NCBI GenBank assembly: GCA_963675525.2
Contig: CAXXSL010000010.1
Coordinates: 1-19,482 of the forward strand
Length of the DNA stretch: 19,482 nt
Direction: 5' to 3'
Source of the DNA: Anaerohalosphaeraceae bacterium
GTDB taxonomy: Bacteria; Planctomycetota; Phycisphaerae; Sedimentisphaerales; Anaerohalosphaeraceae
Positions 16,357-19,482 of this stretch are shown in pieces. Position 1 is the stretch's first letter. Every line of letters starts with the position of its first letter. A program made the position numbers and the translations under genes. The notes beneath the pieces were generated by a model that made no database searches, was not told the origin of the DNA, and worked only from the letters and a program-made list of their open reading frames with translations.

Positions 16357-17317
16357 TCATGCCATCGCGTTTTTTAACAGGATCACAAATTGCTTGGCAA
16401 TACTCTTGCAGATTCGCGGGAAGGTGAATCGCAGCGGGGTTTGGATGGCCGGGGCAAAGTCGGGCAGTACCGGTTTGTCGTATGTGTCGCCAACTACTTC
16501 AATTTGCTCGCGGCCGGTGCAACCGACACCCATCTTAGCCGCCGCGGTCAGCAGCGGCAGATCGCCCGGCCTCAAAACCAACCAGCTCGCAGCAAATCCG
16601 CTCACACGCCGCGGGATCGGTGCCGGCTACCAGGTATCCCAATTCGCGCGGCTTGCCGTTGATCGGCCCCTGGCCTTCCATTGCAACGATGCCGTCTATG
16701 ATATTCAATACCGGCGCCATTTTTTGATAGATTCCCACGATCATCCGGCAAAACGCGTCATAGTCGGCCCCGCGGGCAAAATGCCAGTAGGCCTTTTCCT
16801 TGCCGCCCAGGCCGCACACACAGCCGTACATATTCTTAAACGCAAACGTCGCCCCCAATTGTTGATGGGCCTTGAGTTTGGGTACATTGATGATCGCATC
16901 GGCCTCCAGCGCCACCCGGCTGATGCCAACCGTCGCGCCTTCGATATTCATCCGCTCGGGCCGGTCCAGGTTTACAATTTCCGCCCCCAGTTTACGTAAT
17001 CGCTCGTCAACATCCAACGCCCGCAAACATCCGGCGGTATTACTCCAGGCCGACGAATCACCCACCAGCGGAATCGCACCGGCATCCTTAACAATTTCTG
17101 CCAGTGCGTAGATCACTTCCGGGTGCGTCTGGGCGGGAACATCCGGCCCTTTGGGAACGATCAGATTGGGTTTGATTAAAACACGCTGCCCTGGAGAGAT
17201 AAACGCCTCCACGCCCCCCAGCAAAGCAAACTGCGACTCGATCGCCCTGCGAACCGCATTCGGCTCATAACCATCGCACCGCTTAATAGCCACTGTCGCA
17301 CTCACGGCAGGTGCCAT
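16357..17317 (-). CDS. DUF362 domain protein (one +1 indel at about 16565-16571)
   Basis: VLIKPN, THP, VPKLKAH, KNMYG, DGIVAMEGQGP, DPAA motifs; continues in the 16357..16605 frame (GDLPLLTAAAKMGVG...PDF). Confidence 0.88.
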
Positions 17318-18116
17318 CAATTGCCCGCCTTTCGAGAATGATCACGAACAGCCGCGTCTTTTCCCTGTTAACCTCGAACAGCAGACGGCTGAGTGTTTGC
17401 TGCTGCAAAATCGTCCCGGCCGGGGCCAGCACGCAAAAATCCCCCGGCTCCAAAGCCAGGCTGAACCGACCGGCCTGAAAGGTCTGGTATTTATACGGCA
17501 CTTTGCCCTCCAGCACCCGCAAATCGGTCATGTCCTCATTCCAGAAGGCCGGTTCCAGCTGAATGAGAGCCAGTTGCCGCTGGTCCGGATCGAACGTCGG
17601 CGACACGAGCCACCCTATCCGTCCTTTTTCCAACGCAACCCTGCCGATAGTGCGATGTGACGTGGGAAAGGTAATCATTTGAGCCTCGATCGGATCCGCC
17701 CAAATGGTTTCATGTGTATTCTTCGGAATAACCAGACGTCTCTGGTGAACGCGCTTGGCACCGATACCCGTCAATGCCTGTGCAATCTGAGCACCCTTTT
17801 CATGGATCGCCCAGCCGACGGCAAAACCGTTCGCATCAAACGCGGTTTTGTCGGCATACTCAATCTGTCGACGATCGAGAGTGCGAAAAACATTGCTCAC
17901 TTGATCCAGCGATGAATTATCCAGTTCATAAACCAAGATTGAAAATGCAAATCGCGTTTCTATTCGTGTTGCCGGTTCACTCGACTGCAAGTCCGTTATC
18001 TTGACCCCCTGCAGCGATGAGCCGGCCATGCGATCATCGGTTTGGGGTTCGGTGCAGCCCGCAACCAGAAACAAACAGAATAAAAACAAACAGATTGATA
18101 GTCGATAAAAACTCAT
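17283..18116 (-). CDS. Hypothetical lipoprotein
   Basis: MSFYR + hydrophobic core + VAGC lipobox from ATG 18116. The true stop may be the TGA at 17317-17319 if one G is missing near 17325-17329. Confidence 0.75.
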   Translation of the reverse strand: MSFYRLSICLFLFCLFLVAGCTEPQTDDRMAGSSLQGVKITDLQSSEPATRIETRFAFSILVYELDNSSLDQVSNVFRTLDRRQIEYADKTAFDANGFAVGWAIHEKGAQIAQALTGIGAKRVHQRRLVIPKNTHETIWADPIEAQMITFPTSHRTIGRVALEKGRIGWLVSPTFDPDQRQLALIQLEPAFWNEDMTDLRVLEGKVPYKYQTFQAGRFSLALEPGDFCVLAPAGTILQQQTLSRLLFEVNREKTRLFVIILERRAIDGTCRECDSGY

Positions 18117-18178
18117 AGAGACCGATTCTAACGGAAATACATGAATTGTCAACCGGAACCGACAATAATAAAGGTGTG

Positions 18179-18532
18179 CTACATTCGCAGTTTAGGACTG
18201 TCGCAAAATTCCAGTGCGACGGTTTTGGCATAGGAAGTATCCGCTCCTTCGCTGGTTTGACCGCTGCGCACTATCCGAGCATAAGTGGAAATACTGCCGC
18301 CAAACTCCAACATTCCCTCGGTCGGCGGCACCGTCATCTCGATACTGAGCAATTCACCTTCAGCCAGCCCATCGCTGCGCATCTCAACAAGCATCCCGCT
18401 AGGACTGACGTTCACTGTCTTACCGGTATATAATTTACCTGCTGAGCGACCAACCCGCTGGCAAAAAATCGATAACCTAAGCGGAAATCGCTTATGTCTC
18501 CGCCGATCCTCATCCATCCTGTGGGCCTCCAT
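18179..18532 (-). CDS. Stand-alone PilZ domain protein (c-di-GMP receptor)
   Basis: RRHKR (RxxxR) and NVSPSG (D/NxSxxG), then ARIVR and VALEF strands. Confidence 0.9.
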   Translation of the reverse strand: MEAHRMDEDRRRHKRFPLRLSIFCQRVGRSAGKLYTGKTVNVSPSGMLVEMRSDGLAEGELLSIEMTVPPTEGMLEFGGSISTYARIVRSGQTSEGADTSYAKTVALEFCDSPKLRM

Positions 18533-18881
18533 GCATAGTCATAGACGACATCTTATGCAACAGGTTCATATTGAGCAAATCATATTCCATGCCGATACCC
18601 AGATGAAAACCCATCCCTTTCTAAGCCATTAAGACTTTGACAAGAAGGCACTTATACAAATAATAATAAACCGATGGTCACTATGGTATTATCGGATTGC
18701 GTCCGGATTGATGATAAATATAAACGATATTTTAATCATAATATTACAATTTGATGTCTTTTTTGCCCCCCTTTTTCCTTTTAAATCCGGCAGAGTCTGT
18801 CTTTCCAAAATCCAGAAGGCTTCATAAGAAATAGGTTTAAACACCATAAATCGGACAATGTTTCGTTTTTTAAACATCCTG

Positions 18882-18910
18882 TTGACTTGACAGATAAAAA
18901 CACCTATAAT
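18882..18910 (+). promoter_or_regulatory. Sigma-70 promoter for the PAS kinase
   Basis: TTGACT-N17-TATAAT, 46 nt upstream of ATG 18957. Confidence 0.7.
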
Positions 18911-18956
18911 GTTCACATAAATAAACACAGGTCAATACTTTCGGAATTTTTGACCC

Positions 18957-19482
18957 ATGACAGAACTTAAAATACTCCAATTAGATGCCCTGTCCCGCTG
19001 TATCGCAAAGTCATACCAGTCCGCGATCGTCTCGTTTGATCACGATCTGGTCATTATTGACTCAAATCCTTTGGCCAACGAGTTGCTGAATTTACAGCCC
19101 ACGATCGACAAAACGCTGTCAGCCGGAACCGACGCGAAAATCTGGGGTGATTGGACCTGCACATTGCAGGAGATATTAAAAACCGGCCACTCGGCTAATT
19201 TCGAAGCCGTCAAATACACCCGCGGCGATTCCTCGCGGCTATTGTGCATTCGCTTCGTACCGTTGAAAGACACTTCAACCGACTCCGTAGCCGGAGCAGC
19301 GGCAATTGTTAATGATGTCGCCGAAAAACTTGAAACCGGACACGAAATGGCCCAGGCTGAACGGCTCATGGCCATCGGAAAAGTGGCCGGCAATGTCGCC
19401 CATGAATTGAACAATCCGCTGGATGGTATCCTGCGATATGTCAACCTGGCCGTCCGGGTTCTGGACCAAAACCAACCTGAAA
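18957..19482 (+). CDS. Cytoplasmic PAS-domain sensor histidine kinase (NtrB-like H-box), truncated by the window end
   Basis: Not in the ORF track. Manual translation: MTELKIL..AIVSFDHDLVIIDSNPLANELL (PAS start)..AIVNDVAE..AERLMAIGKVAGNVAHELNNPLDGIL (canonical H-box). Confidence 0.9.
   Translation, partial: MTELKILQLDALSRCIAKSYQSAIVSFDHDLVIIDSNPLANELLNLQPTIDKTLSAGTDAKIWGDWTCTLQEILKTGHSANFEAVKYTRGDSSRLLCIRFVPLKDTSTDSVAGAAAIVNDVAEKLETGHEMAQAERLMAIGKVAGNVAHELNNPLDGILRYVNLAVRVLDQNQPE

Noticed and set aside
18689..18928. 79-aa minus-strand ORF in the PilZ/kinase intergenic region
   Set aside because: AT-rich, overlaps the kinase promoter, no recognisable features.
1..19482. CRISPR array, IS element, prophage or integron attC sites
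   Set aside because: No regularly spaced repeats, transposase, integrase or phage genes, and no RYYYAAC/GTTRRRY-bounded hairpins were seen between the AT-rich ORFs.

Overview
Bacterial chromosomal segment, GC-rich with AT-rich patches. Gene style suggests Planctomycetota/Phycisphaerae, but this is inference only. In order: a truncated sensor-less histidine-kinase-like gene with degenerate catalytic motifs (-); panB, a GT4 glycosyltransferase and tRNA-Gly(CCC) (+); SIMPL and SGNH hydrolase genes (-); a membrane-anchored hypothetical (+); dapF, an orphan FliA/WhiG sigma factor and dprA (-); a SulP/STAS transporter preceded by a putative leader peptide and hairpin; two AT-rich lipoproteins, TraX and a DUF5658-like gene (+); a DAACS symporter, serine hydrolase, DUF362, lipoprotein and PilZ (-); and a truncated PAS histidine kinase (+). 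Four genes (panB, DAACS, serine hydrolase, DUF362), and possibly a fifth, carry single-base indels mostly in short homopolymers, probably long-read errors. The main non-obvious signals are sigma-28 promoters in front of the sigma gene itself and of the pseudo-kinase, a structured leader on the sigma gene, a candidate anti-Shine-Dalgarno sRNA, a GPP-ending uORF plus terminator ahead of SulP, and a collapsed DUF3137-like gene relic.
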